DNA from: Chrysemys picta bellii
Lineage: Eukaryota
DNA length: 64,000 bases
Direction: 5' to 3'
Assembly (NCBI RefSeq): GCF_011386835.1
Contig: NC_088804.1
Coordinates: forward strand, 42,718,001 to 42,782,000
The position numbers and the translations under genes are program-made. A model generated the notes under the pieces. The model did no database searches and was not told the DNA's origin. It saw only the letters and a program-made list of their open reading frames with translations. This document shows positions 20,756 through 39,300 of the stretch, in pieces (position 1 is the first letter of the stretch; each line of letters begins with the position of its first letter).

Positions 20756-23552
20756 TTAGGTTGTGGCTACTGGGACATCAGGCTGCAGAACAGCCATTGC
20801 GTTCACACTGCTCTCCTCTCCAGCCACCGGAGGCAGCTGCGCACTGGGTTCTACTCCCTGCTCTGGCCCTGGAATTTCTGGTGCAGGTGCTGGGCTCTCC
20901 TGGGCCAGTTCCTTCTCGTCTGGAGTGAACATGGCCTCTCTCTTTGGCAGGATGAAGGCGAGTGGCTCCTTGATCACATTCACGTCCACACAGCCAAGGC
21001 TGCCGTACTTGTGCAGCTGCGTGGGAGGAACACCTGGCCAAGAGAGCAGAGAGTTAACTCACCCAGAGCCCACCTGGAAAGGGACATGGGGACAGTGACG
21101 ACATCACACAGCTCAGGCAGGGATCCTTGTAGACTGTTGGACTTCACTGGGGGAGCTCTGAGCACTCCCGCCAATGGATGTCCCATGGGAACCAGAGCAG
21201 GGCAGTAAAGGGGTCAAAGACAAGGGTCTCTGGGACCCACCTTGCTCAGCAGATATGCCCTGGCTCTGCATGAGAGCAGGCACTTCCCTCATACTTCTCT
21301 GCTGAGGGAAGAAGGAATTCTTACCCAGGGTCTGTGCTATCTGGGCGGGGGGAAAGAGGACGTGGAGGCAACGGTTAAGGTAGGGGAGCAGATCTTCCAG
21401 GAACACTGTACAGAACTGAGCAAAAAGCTCCTGCTCCCGGCTGCTGAAAGCTGCCTCCTCTGCCCGGTGAAAAGCCAGGATTGTTTTAGTCACCTGCAGG
21501 AAGGAGAGAGAGAGAGTGAGCGCGTAAGCACCTTCAGTTCCTCATCCCGCAACCTCCACCCTGGGCAGCTGCATCAAACATTCCCCAAGCTGCTCAGAGT
21601 GATGGGACTGGCCCTGGAGAGCAGCCACTGACCCACCACCTTGCCCTACACAATTCATCTTCTGATGCTGGATCCCGAGTCTGATTCAGTTGCCCAATTG
21701 TAGGGGAAATGCAGGGGAGGGGAAAGGGGCTCATTCAGCCAACAGGAAGTGGGTGCAAGATCTATCCTCAGCATTCTGACAACCCAGTACAAGAAGCTGA
21801 AATAGAAAGAAACAGCCATGCCCTGTCAGGTGCCTGCCTCACCTTGCCAAGGGCAGCCTCCAGGGAAGTCGTTACATCCTGGGCAAGAGCCACAGGGCAG
21901 CAGAGACGCAGGTCATTGAAGGCAACCAGAATGTTGTTCAGGAAGCAGGCAAGAGGTGGGAAGTCCAGCAGCACCATGGGAGGCTGCAGGGTTCCTGGCT
22001 GGGTGGCTGGCACTGTCACAGGGATGGTGCTGCCTAGGACAGCAGGAGCAGAGATCAGCGTGTAGGAGTTCATCTCATCTTGGAATTTGTCCACTGCTTC
22101 CTGAATCGCCTTCCTGAAAGTGCCAAATGCAACTTGCTGGAACACTGGGGCCAGCTGGCCCCGGAAATCAGCTCCCACCCTGCTGAAGGACAGGCCAAAG
22201 TACATGCACTGACCCAACAGTGAGTCCAAGCGGCTGCCCACCCCCCGCTGGAGGTCATTGTCCAGAACCTGCAGGAATTGTGAAACCTTCTGCAGCACCC
22301 AGCCATGGAAGATGGCACTCTCGTTGACCACATGCTCGCCAGGAGGCAGCAACGGCTCCTCGTCCGAGAAGATGGCGCGATACTGTGTGATGATGTCAAA
22401 GAGATGGACGCGGCAGGCCTCGATGGTCTTGGTGATGTGGAAGTAGGGGTCGTCATCAGGGATGGAGGCCTGGATGGAGTGGAGCCAGGCGTCCCGGGCC
22501 TGCAGAAACTTGATGCGCAGTTCGGCCTCTGTGAAGACATCCATGCGCCGCAAGTAGCCAATGACACGCAGGCAAGCAGGCAGCTGGATATTAGTGCGCA
22601 GTTGCTGGATCAAGTGATTCAGCATCAGCTGTGAAGACTGATGCACTTCGTCCACAATGCCCTAGAGGCAGGGAGAGAGAGACCTCAGCTATGAGACAGT
22701 CCACCACGGCCTCAAGTTTCATGCCCCAAACCTGAACTCCAAACGTCACCCCCAAACCACACTCCTCTCAGAGCAAGACCCCACCCGCTGCGTGGAGGTG
22801 AGTCGACCCATGCCAGCCACCATCCAAGGAGCTCATCCCATGCCCAGGGGCTGCAGACCCCCAGCATGGGCAGCACTATTGGGACAAACCTGGACGACGG
22901 GGATGGAGGAGTGTTTCCTCTCCAGCCGGCGCACGTAGGCAGCGAGCTCCAGGGCCTCCTCATAGTAGCCGTTGCGGACGCAGGTGTCCATCAGCTGCGG
23001 GATCTCCAGGATCTCCAAGATCTCCGTGTGCCGGTTCAGGGTCAGGCTGTTCATGCGGCGGCTGGAGGCGATTTCCTCGGCGTCCCGCAAGAAGCTCCTG
23101 CCGGAGGGAAGGAGAACTCAGCCCCCGCGCAAACCTCCACCAGGCCCTGCCCCCTCCCCAAAGGCCCCGGGCCAGGGCCCCGCCCCCCCAAAGGCCCCGG
23201 GCCAGGGCCCCCCCCGGGCCCACCTGCAGGTCTCCTGGAAGCCGGGCAGCCGCCCCAGGAGCCGGGCCAAGCCGCGCTCGATGCCCCCGAAGCCGCGGCC
23301 CGTCTCGCTGGTGCACTCGGCCGAGCGGATGAAGATCTTGTAGTGGGCGAAGGCCAAGTGCCGCGTCTGGGCGGCGGCCAGCGCCCGCTCCTCGGCCAGG
23401 CGGCCCGGCTCGCGGCCCAGCGCCTCCAGCCCCAGCCCCGCCAGCTCCGCCAGGTACCCGGCCAGCTCCGGCCCTGGCGCCGGCCCCGGCGCCCCGCGGA
23501 ACAGCCAGGCCAGCAGGCTGGCCTCCTCCAGGGCCGCGCCGGCCGCCGCCAT
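20756..23552 (-). CDS. COG8: Conserved oligomeric Golgi complex subunit 8 (600 aa, 5 coding exons)
   Basis: Exons 23552-23224, 23097-22890, 22661-21843, 21493-21325, 21033-20756 (1803 nt). Recognisable segments [66 protein letters not shown]. Confidence 0.96.
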
Positions 23553-23876
23553 CTTGGGGAGAGCGCCACGACACGCTGGTACGTGCTATCCACAGGGTGC
23601 AGGACTCTATGGTGTGGGGGGCACTCTACCCCGCCTCTCGGCAACTCTACTGCTCTGGAGACACTTGGTCTAGCGCCCCCTACAGCTCCGCGAACTCAAA
23701 CCCGGTACGCGCGTCCCTCCGACTCTATGGCACTGAGCGGGGTACGCTGGCCCCATCCACCCAGGGACGCTCTATGTTCCAGACTCTACTAGCCCAGGGC
23801 TGTTTCCGGTTCCGGGCTGTCCCCTCCCCCACGTGGAGCAGTGCCCTGACTAAGCCCGGAGCTGTCGGGTGCGGCG
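23553..23876. promoter_or_regulatory. Bidirectional COG8/NIP7 CpG-island promoter
   Basis: Head-to-head ATGs 324 bp apart; YY1-type CCGCCATCTT 23546-23555 over the COG8 start; CTCF-like TAGCGCCCCCTACAG ~23671-23685; ETS-like TTCCGGTTCCGG 23804-23815. Confidence 0.85.
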
Positions 23877-26685
23877 ATGCGGCCCCTGACGGAGGAGGAG
23901 ACCCGGGCCCTGTTCGAGAAGCTCGCGAAATAGTGAGGCGGGGCCGGGGTAGCGGAAGGGGGCATGTCCTGGCCCGGGGGAGGGCCTGGCCCGGGGTAGC
24001 CGGGGGGAGGGGCTGGGCGGAGGGGGGCATGTCTTGGCCCGGGCGGGGGGGGCGCTGAGCGGAGGGGGGGGCCTGGCCCGGGGTAGCCGGGGGGAGGGGC
24101 TGGGCGGAGGGGGGCATGTCCTGGCCCGGGCGGGGGGGGCTGAGGGGCGGGGGGGGGCCTGGCCCGGGGTAGCGGCTGGGCGGAGGGGGGGCTGAGCGGA
24201 GGGGGGGGGCCTGGCCCGGGGTAGCCGGGGGGGAGGGGGGCATGTCCTGGCCCGGGCGGGGGGGGCTGGTGGCCCCCAAGTGGCCCGTCCCGGGACCCAC
24301 CACTCACGGTCTCTCTCCCCACAGCATCGGCGAGAACATCCAGCTGCTGGTGGACCGGCCCGACGGCTCCTACTGTTTCCGCCTGCACAAGGACCGGGTT
24401 TACTACGTCAGGTGGGCGGCGCAGCCGGGCTGGAGTCCCCAGGCCACAAGCGAAGTGACCAGTTCTGCAGACCGGGCCCCTGCTGGGTCAGGGCAGGGAT
24501 TGGCCCCAGGGCGCTGTGTCTCCTGGAGCGTGTGGGGCTGATGCTGCTTGTGACTGCAGCTATTCGTGCACTGCAGGTCCCCAGCCAGGTTGCCCTGCCC
24601 CATCCGTGCCTCTGGCTGACAGTGGGGGGCCTGGTGCTGGTTAAACCTTCTCTTTAGGCGTTGAGGTTCTCTGAGAACTAATCACACGTTGGCTGCGTTT
24701 GCTCTTTCCTAGTGAGAGAATCTTGAAGGTGGCGACCAGTATCCCTGGGGACAAGCTGGTGGCACTTGGCACCTGCTTTGGGAAGTTCACCAAGACCCAG
24801 AAGTTCCGGCTCCACGTCACTGCCCTGGATTACCTTGCTCCCTATGCCAAGGTGAGAGGCTTGCTAAGGAGAAGCTTTCAGGCAGCAACCTGATCCTTGG
24901 TCACGTTTAGCAGCACTGGTGTGCTGTGCTCCCTGTAAGCTGCTCCTTGAGCAGCCCAGGAGCCGTTTAAGTGCTGCCCAGCTGATTAGCACAGAGGTAG
25001 CATGTGCTCAGGTGCCCCTCCCCCCATGTTGCTCCATTCTGCAGCTGCTCACAGGACCCTCCTGCTGGCTGTGCAGAGCAGGGGTGGGGGAGGAGGGTGC
25101 TGATCCCCCTCCCCCAGCCCCTGTACCCCATCTCCACAGGGCTGAGGGGGGACAGCCTGGCTCAGGACTCAGAGCTTCTGCAGGGAAGGGTGAGTGAGTG
25201 CCTTTCTTTAAAGAGAGAGTGCACTGTTTCTGAGACTTCCCCAGCAGCCAGCTCACACAGTCTGTCTCTCTCCCCGCCCACAGAGCAGGAGAGCTTTCCA
25301 TGAGTGCCTTAAAGAGACAGCATGGAGCATCTCTCAAAAACTTTCCTAGCAGCCAGCACACACACAGTCTGTGTCACACACACACGCTGTCCCTGTATTG
25401 TCACACGCACCTCCCAACATATACCTATATTGTTACTTCTTGCAATGTACATATATTCTTTGTAATTTTATTCTTTCAAAGTGTGTTTAGTGTTTTGACT
25501 GGTCTATGCATTTCATTTTTTTCTTACTACTGAAAGAATTAAATTTAAGTGTGAGTTCTAAAATGCCTAACCTGTCCTGGCTGGAGTAATTATCCCTATT
25601 TAACTTTTAAAAAATACTATATCTAGGTTTTTTGTTTCTACTGGTGCACATAATATTTATTCCACACACGGAAAAAATTAGAGGGAACCTGGGTGGGAAA
25701 AGGGTGTAATATGTCTGCAGACCTATAACTAAACAAGATGGACCAATTCTTCCTCATACTCATTTGCTCTTATGTTGCACATATCCCCTACCCTGTGTCG
25801 CTCTAGCTTGTATGCATGGAGTGTCTCTTTAATAGATTTATACAGTGTGAGAACAGTGGAGCCGGAGCCTGATCCTGTTTGAAGTCTTTAGGTGCTACTA
25901 ACTATCTACTGCTAATATTTCCCTCCCTACTCACTCCCCTCGTGGCACTGGAGCTGTCTCCAGTCTCAAGTGTCTGCCTTCTGGCTCACCCTACATGCAC
26001 AAAGTAATCTGCTTTCTGTGGGCTTCCCTGGCACTAACCTCCGCTGGCCTCAGCCTCTGGTCCCCTTACATGGCTGCATGAAGAGCAAAAGGAAACAACA
26101 GACTGTTACAGGTCTTCCCTGTTGTCTCCCATGCCCCAGATACCCTACTTGAGCCTTGCTTCACAAGGTGGCATCAGCTGTGTCTCTACCCTTGTGCCCA
26201 GTTGCATGAGGAATAACCTTGTAGGTTCAGCAGTAAGTTTAACTTGGGAAGATTTGGGTGAGCAACTGCTGTGCCTCCTAAGGATGGGTGCTTTTCTCTT
26301 GCAGTATAAAGTGTGGGTGAAACCTGGAGCAGAGCAGTCCTTCCTTTATGGGAACCACGTGCTGAAATCTGGCCTAGGCCGCATCACCGAGAACACAGCT
26401 CAGTACCAGGGTGTGGTGGTGTATTCCATGGCCGATGTTCCTCTGGTAAGTGACAGTGCTGGTAGGGGAGTGGATTGTTCTTCAGAAAACAGTGATGAAC
26501 TTGCTTTGAGCAGAGTAGTGTTGATACAAGTGGGTGCCTGAGTTTCACTGTTCTTAATTCCCCAGGGTTTTGGAGTAGCAGCAAAGTCTACCCAGGACTG
26601 CCGGAAAGTGGACCCCATGGCGATCGTAGTGTTTCATCAGGCTGACGTGGGGGAGTACGTGCGGCATGAGGAGACACTTACTTAA
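23877..26685 (+). CDS. NIP7: 60S ribosome biogenesis protein NIP7 (180 aa, 5 exons)
   Basis: Exons 23877-23932, 24325-24411, 24713-24851, 26305-26445, 26566-26685 (543 nt). [10 protein letters not shown]...; PUA-domain region [29 protein letters not shown]; ends VRHEETLT*. Confidence 0.98.
23940..24270 (+). repeat. G-rich degenerate tandem repeat in NIP7 intron 1
   Basis: Recurrent modules GGCATGTCCTGGCCCGGG, GGCCTGGCCCGGGGTAGCCGGGGGG and GGGCTGGGCGGAGGGGGG with many G4-G9 runs. Confidence 0.8.
24924..25691. mobile_element. Probable non-autonomous hAT element in NIP7 intron 3
   Basis: Degenerate TIRs CTGTGCTCCCTGTAAG ... TTAGAGGGAACCTG; TSD not recovered. Confidence 0.45.
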
Positions 26686-26905
26686 AGGGCAGCCAGCAGC
26701 ACAAGGCTCTGAGGACTCAGCTGCACATGGCAATGGAGCGTGTTGTGAAGTCAGAACTCAAAGCAGCAGCAGGGAGCTCTCCTGGGATGGGGCTCTGCAG
26801 GCTGCTGTAAAGGATTACAGACCAATCTAACTCTTGAGAGCTCTGAGGAGTGCCTGTCCTAGCCTCAAGAGGAGACAGGGCTTACATAAAACTTGTTTTC
26901 TATCT

Positions 26906-26911
26906 AATAAA
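26906..26911 (+). terminator. NIP7 polyadenylation signal
   Basis: AATAAA about 220 nt after the stop. Confidence 0.7.
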
Positions 26912-27383
26912 AACCATGTTGGTGTGGTCTAGTGAAAGAACTCAGCTACTTGGTCCTAAGCCCTGCCCAGGAACAGCTCTTACGCTCACAGGCTAAAGGC
27001 AGTTTTCTCAGTAGTAGCTGCGGAGGGGGGGTAGATCACCTTAATGCAGCCACCTCCCCCCTCCATGGGTGCTAGGGCAAGCTGGAAGTTCTGTGTAGCA
27101 GGAGACAGAGATGAACACGGCTGTTTCAGTCAACAGGAACAAAGTAATTCCTCCCCTCCCCAGGGTTGTTTCTGCCTTGTTCCCCAACAGAGACCCAAGT
27201 ACAGCGAGAGGGGGGGCTGACAGGGTTGTGTGACTGGAGGACACCATGACCACACCCCTGAGGCTAATCAGAATCTGTGTAGGTGGGTGCTGTAGCAGTG
27301 GCTTCCATGGCAGGGAGCAGCCCTGGTTCCTAGAGGATGGTGGCTTCAGACAGGACAGTGCTTGTGCAGTGTGAACGGTTTGT

Positions 27384-27389
27384 TTTATT
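27384..27389 (-). terminator. TMED6 polyadenylation signal
   Basis: AATAAA on - about 350 nt after the stop; convergent with NIP7. Confidence 0.65.
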
Positions 27390-27739
27390 TATAAATACGT
27401 GAACAGCTTTTCAAGCCATTTCACTATTAGACCATTGGGCAGATTAGGCCTAAACCAACAGTGAACCATCCCCTCTTCCTCCCCCCAAAATGGGTCTTGT
27501 GCTACAGACCTAGTAGAGAATGAAGATAAAGAGCCAGCTGAACGCTAGGGTATTGAGGGGAATTCTGTACCTGAAAAAATCCCCCAGTCCAGCTCCTTCC
27601 ACAGGTAGGATCTCCCATTCTTCCATGGAGGCGGAGGGGAGAAAGGATGAGATGGAGTTCAGTGTGCTCTGCAGTGTTACGGGCCTTTCCTTCGGTCCTT
27701 CCTGCTGCATGGGTCCAGCAGTGGTGTAAGCCAGAGGCC

Positions 27740-34044
<6,305 letters not shown>

Positions 34045-35431
34045 CAAACATCAGGGGCACTTGGAAGGAGTTCAACTCCTCAAGGTAATCTCAGTGCAAT
34101 TACCAGGCCTGCATGGGCAGCTGTGCAGTTTGTCCTCATTAGAGCTTAACCGTCTGAAACATTTTGTAAAACCCTGAAGTCCGCTTTGAAGAAACGTCAC
34201 TAGGTACAAATGGTTCTTCCTGGGGAACTGCTTGTTCTGGGGGCAGGCTGGGTGTCCTGCACTCAGACTTCTGTCTACAGCCCACACCATGGTCTGAAGG
34301 ACTCTTTACAGTGATTAGTGTGTTAAAACATTCCTAGAAACTTAATTTAGTACAAGAAATCTAGACACTGATCACAGAGCAACAATATGCCAGAGAAGAT
34401 CCAGGGACTTGGCTACATGGGCTGTGTGCCCTATATCTTCCACTACCTTATGCTGCCATCCCATCTGGGTGCTGCAAGATAGGTCCTGTTTCATCTTTGG
34501 CTGTGACTTCTCTTCTCTTATGGAGTCTGTGACAATGTCCTCACTCTGTAAATGGGAAAGGGGCACCACTGGCTGGAAAGCGTTCTATTGCATAGAGTGG
34601 GAGGCAAGCAAAGGGCTGGTATCTATTTTTGGATGTGGGATGATATTTATTCTCATGCCCTCGTATGGCACAAGGAAGAAAGTGGCCCATGTTTCTCCCA
34701 CTGACACTTATTAATCTGGTTTACTGTAACTGGCCCAAATGGAACTACTAAACAGGGGAAACGTGGCTTTGCCAAAGGCACACTTCACAGCCAGGCCACT
34801 CAAGCACAGAGGAAAGTTTCAGAACAGAAGAAAATATAAAATAAACAGGGCAAAGGGCAGGGAGAAAGAGTCTGGCTAATAGCGAAGTTGAAGAGGTTAC
34901 TTGAGCCACTTGTATCCAGACAGCCAGGAGTTCCTCTGGTGAGGTTCCTTCCAGCAACCGCTAGTGCCAAAGGACATGGCTAAGGCAAGCAGGGGACTTC
35001 TACCCAGCACCAGTGACAACGGAAGCAGCTCACAGGACCCCTGCTGTTGGGGGTATTTCTGCAGCTAGAACCGAAGGAAATTAAATGCATGAGTGTTGGT
35101 GGAAGTGAGGGGAAGATGATACATAAGTGCCTCTGAAATCCACTTGTCTCTAATAAGCAGCAGCATCCCACCGGATGGGGTACAAGACTTTCTGGCACTC
35201 CAATTCAGTTAGTTGCTGATGCGATGCTCCCCGCTTCAGCTGGCTCAGGAAGTGAATGCAGGATGAAATTCTGGTTGTTAACAGGGTGTCCCACAAAGCT
35301 GTCACTAGGCCACTGACCCAGGGATATGCCAAGCTTCTCCCTTTTCAAGGTGGAATATTTACCTGAGGAGGGAATGCTGGGGAGATACAAATCAAATTTG
35401 TTGCAATTGTTATATCCAACACAGGAACTGC

Positions 35432-35437
35432 TTTATT
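35432..35437 (-). terminator. Candidate TERF2 polyadenylation signal
   Basis: First AATAAA I noted on - after the stop, about 950 nt downstream. Confidence 0.5.
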
Positions 35438-36381
35438 TTACATGATGGGTTCAGACATGGGATCGGACTTGGCATTAGAAGGCAAGGCATGTCTGGGGCC
35501 TGCCAGAGATCCCCAGAGACCTTTCAGAGATAATGCACTACTCCAGGAAACAGACACAAGGAAGGGAATTTTGCGAAGAAGGAGGCAAGTCAAACCAACT
35601 GAACACTAACTTTTAACTTGATGACATCTGGCTCCAAACATTCTAGAAACTAATGAGCACAAAGACAAAACAAAACATCTATTTTAAAGCATCAAAAAAA
35701 CGTGGAGGAAGAAATCCCCACTCAATATAAAAATGTACAAAGCAGAGAAATGTGGAACCCAACGCCAGTCCCCTTGCCAAGAAACCAGACTTCTGCCGGG
35801 GCAACTCAGCAACAGCTCAGCCTACACTGCTGCTTGCCCCTCTGGGAGGGGCAGATGGAGAAAGCCGATCAGCCAAGTGATTCACAATCGGTTTCAGAAA
35901 ATGACTATAGATAAAACAGTCGGTGACAGGATTACCCTGCCATTCAACCAGCCTCGGAGTAGAGAAAGCTGCGACCCGGCTACAGGCCACTCAGGTTCCA
36001 GCTCGAATGCTCACAGGGCAAAGGCTGCCAGAGTCCTCGCTGTTTCTGAACATATACAACATGTCAGCACTGTAGCACCTTTACTAGCCTATTTCCATAG
36101 TTACTCAGGCTGGGTTGCTTCTGTTGACAGACAAAGACCTAAATTTAGTGACTCCAGCTAAATGCAAGAACTAGGAAGGTTTCACAAGCTCTAGTCAAAC
36201 TTTGCTTCTTCCAGCTGTAGCATTCAGCTCTCCCAAGCAGCCATAACAAGTCTCCACATCATTCCTATCACATTGCTAGGAAGGGGACTACAAGCCTCCT
36301 CCCATGGCAGTTGTTGCTTTGGTCCATCTTTTGGAGACAAATGAGAGCAAGTGTGACTCTAAGAGTTCTCAACTGCTGTTT

Positions 36382-39300
36382 TCAGTGGAGTCCCAGCTTT
36401 TTCATAGTCCGCCAGCGATCCTTAATCATCACCGAGGTGCGGTTCTCAAAGGGGAACTTTTTGCAAATGATTTTCCAGTTCCCTTCTCCAAACTTCTTCA
36501 CTCCTTCTCTGATCCACTCGCTTTCCTGTACTGTCCACCTCTGCAAAAGAAGAACAAGGGGTGTCATGACTCTTAAGGCACAGGTCCTATCACCTCTACA
36601 CTACAGGCTTCTTAGCCTCCTTGGTCCCCCTTACATCCATACTATCAGCACCTTCTTATAACATAGGAAGAAGGCACAGGTACCTTGCCAATAACTCCAA
36701 GGTACCCAGTGATCACTCCATTCCAGAAGAATTGTTACAATGGTTATATAAACCAGGAAAATATTATAGCTGAAGTTCAGGATTAGTTCTGTTTCCCACA
36801 TCACAGTGTAGATTACACAGGAAATTCTCAGGAGTTATTGCTCTTGTATCCTCCAAGTAATCATGGAGAGAGTGTGGAAGTTACACGCCCTGTGCAACGT
36901 CCATACAAGTGAAGAGAACTAACTACCTGCGGCTCGTGGAAGGAAAGTGCTGCGTTCGAGGGCACTGTGAAGTTCAGTGACAGGAGGCCAAGTATAAGGG
37001 AAGAGGTGAACCACAGGAAAGCAAACAATGAAAGATGTACAGGTAGCATAAAAGTGAACAGCCATTCACTTGTCAGAAAGTTGGTTACTGCAGGCATCAG
37101 ATCTTGGAGCCTTTACAAGGCAAATGCTGCCAGGTGACAAACTCTGTATGTGGTGCCACTGGCATGCACCACGCTTTTTCACTGCATGGAAAATCCGACG
37201 GACCCAGCTCCAAACAATTGGCATCAGACAAAAGGGGGCAAGGAAGGAGGATTCACTCAGGAGACACCAACCCCGGCACCTCCTGAAAGAGTATTTATAT
37301 TTTTAATACTAGCTTCAGGCTTATTTAGGAATGATGTGGTTTCTAGGGTGTGTTCTAGTTCTCCGCCTCTTCAGCTCACTTACCTGCTGAGCGGTTCAGG
37401 AAGCAGATGCCAGCCAGGATAAGCGGCACACAGTATTTTAGGCCTCTACTACTTTCCTGGCTTTTAGTGGACAAACATAAGCCAGGCCCTCTCAATTTAA
37501 AGATCCGTGCAACCCAACTCACCCCCTTGTAAGTTCAACGCTTAGATAACGCAAGCATTGACCAAAGTACTCCAGTCCCTTAGTAAATATCATCTGTCAG
37601 TTCAGCATCTCAGAGTTCTCCATTCAATGTGCACCAATCACTTGGACTCTTCTACCTGAGCTGATACCAGAGGCTAAGAAACCTCTGAACAGCAAAAGGG
37701 ATTTCCCCTTTCCAACCTTTTCTATTGCTTCACTACCCCTGCAGAGCCTTGCTCTGGGCTGCTGAACGGAGCTGGAGGGCTCTATATTACCTGTTTCTTG
37801 GAACCGAGGATTGAAGAGCTGTGGCTATTTCTCCCAGGGGACTCTGAAAAATAAACCCAAGAAGAGTCATATTTCAGCATTCGCCTTCTGCTGTGCATGT
37901 ATCTCCCAGAGAGACTGGCTTTAGCCGGTTCCATTACAGGGAGAGAGCGGCATGGCCACCAGGGGAACGCCCTTGGCCCGGGTATGGAAAATAGAAACAA
38001 ATGCCCTTACTTCCTCTAGCTTCTAGAATTCCACATACTGAAGAGACACTTGGCCATTCTGATCCTAGCCCTGGTTACTCATAAGAAGTGTAACTAAAGA
38101 AATATAATAACTAAGACTGCGTCAAAAGGAATTAGACTTGTCTCAGGTTAGCAAATGTGTCTAAGAAAAGAAAAAAAAAAAAAAAAAAGGACAGCCTGAG
38201 CCAAAAAGCTTCCTCAATAGAAATCCCTGTTCATAAATGGAAGCATGTTCAGGCCACAGCAGGGAAGGTCCCAGATGTTAAACAGCATCCAGAAGAAAAG
38301 TCTTAGCTGTGATTAATTACACCTTTTGAAACAAGCATGCAAATGCTCATCTGCCACCCTACAGCTGTTAATGGGAAGGAACTGCTTTTGGGCTGGGTCT
38401 CAGACTAGAATAGCTGACAATGACTGACAGGTCTGAAGCTGTAACAAGAGAGTACTTGCTAGATGTTCCATGATCAGGTACACAATGGATTTAGCAACTT
38501 CCCATTGTTTGGGCCCGCCTAAGAAAGGGACATCATCTCCATTTCTGCAGTCCTGTAACAGCAACCGTAGTCCCAAGCTTTCCAGGGTTATGGGATTTCT
38601 AGACTTTTGGTTTCTGTCAAGTGTTCAAGGCAACAGAGTGCCCCAGGGCCAACAGCATGGTTGGGACCAGCAATTAAAGAGTGTGCATGGCAAAAATAGC
38701 ATACTTACTCTTGTCCAGGAAGAGCTCATCTTCCTCACTCCATGTGTCCTTTTCTTCTTGCCCGTTCAAGGTGTTCCATCTTGCTTTCAGTGGCCTGAAA
38801 ACATACAACACACATTTTAACTGCAAAAAGCCAGCCTGGTTAATGAGGGCTGAAGAGACAGTCACTGCAGACAGCTAAATCACACATCCAAAAGGAACAC
38901 AGAACACTGACTAATTACCTAGAGGCCACTGGTAAAACGGTCCAGGACCACCTTGGTACCAATGAGTCAAGACTAAGATCAGTATGCAGCACTGGGAACC
39001 GTGGGAGCTTGCCTGACAGCTGGATTATGTATGTTTGCTTCACCTCCACAACACATGCATCTTAGTCCACTGCCATCTGACTGGTTTGTAGGTAAAGGGT
39101 GCCATATGCGTATGTCTGCATTCAAAGCCACTCAGTGCCATTTTAATACCTACAGGCAGTTCTCTTTGGACCTTGACAGATCCCTGTATCAAACACACAC
39201 AAGAAGCAACTGAGAGCGAACTATGTAAGAATTAAGCAGTTGCTGCAAACTGATACAAACAACTGAGCTACCAAGAAAGGGCCGTGCATGTGGCATGAAA

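Noticed and set aside
23597-24657. Several 125-200 aa Pro/Gly-rich ORFs around NIP7 intron 1
   Set aside because: Produced by translation of the G-run tandem repeat.
34960-35400. Possible SGNH-hydrolase remnant of a Ngaro element
   Set aside because: A DGV(H)-like word could be read on either strand; not enough to call.
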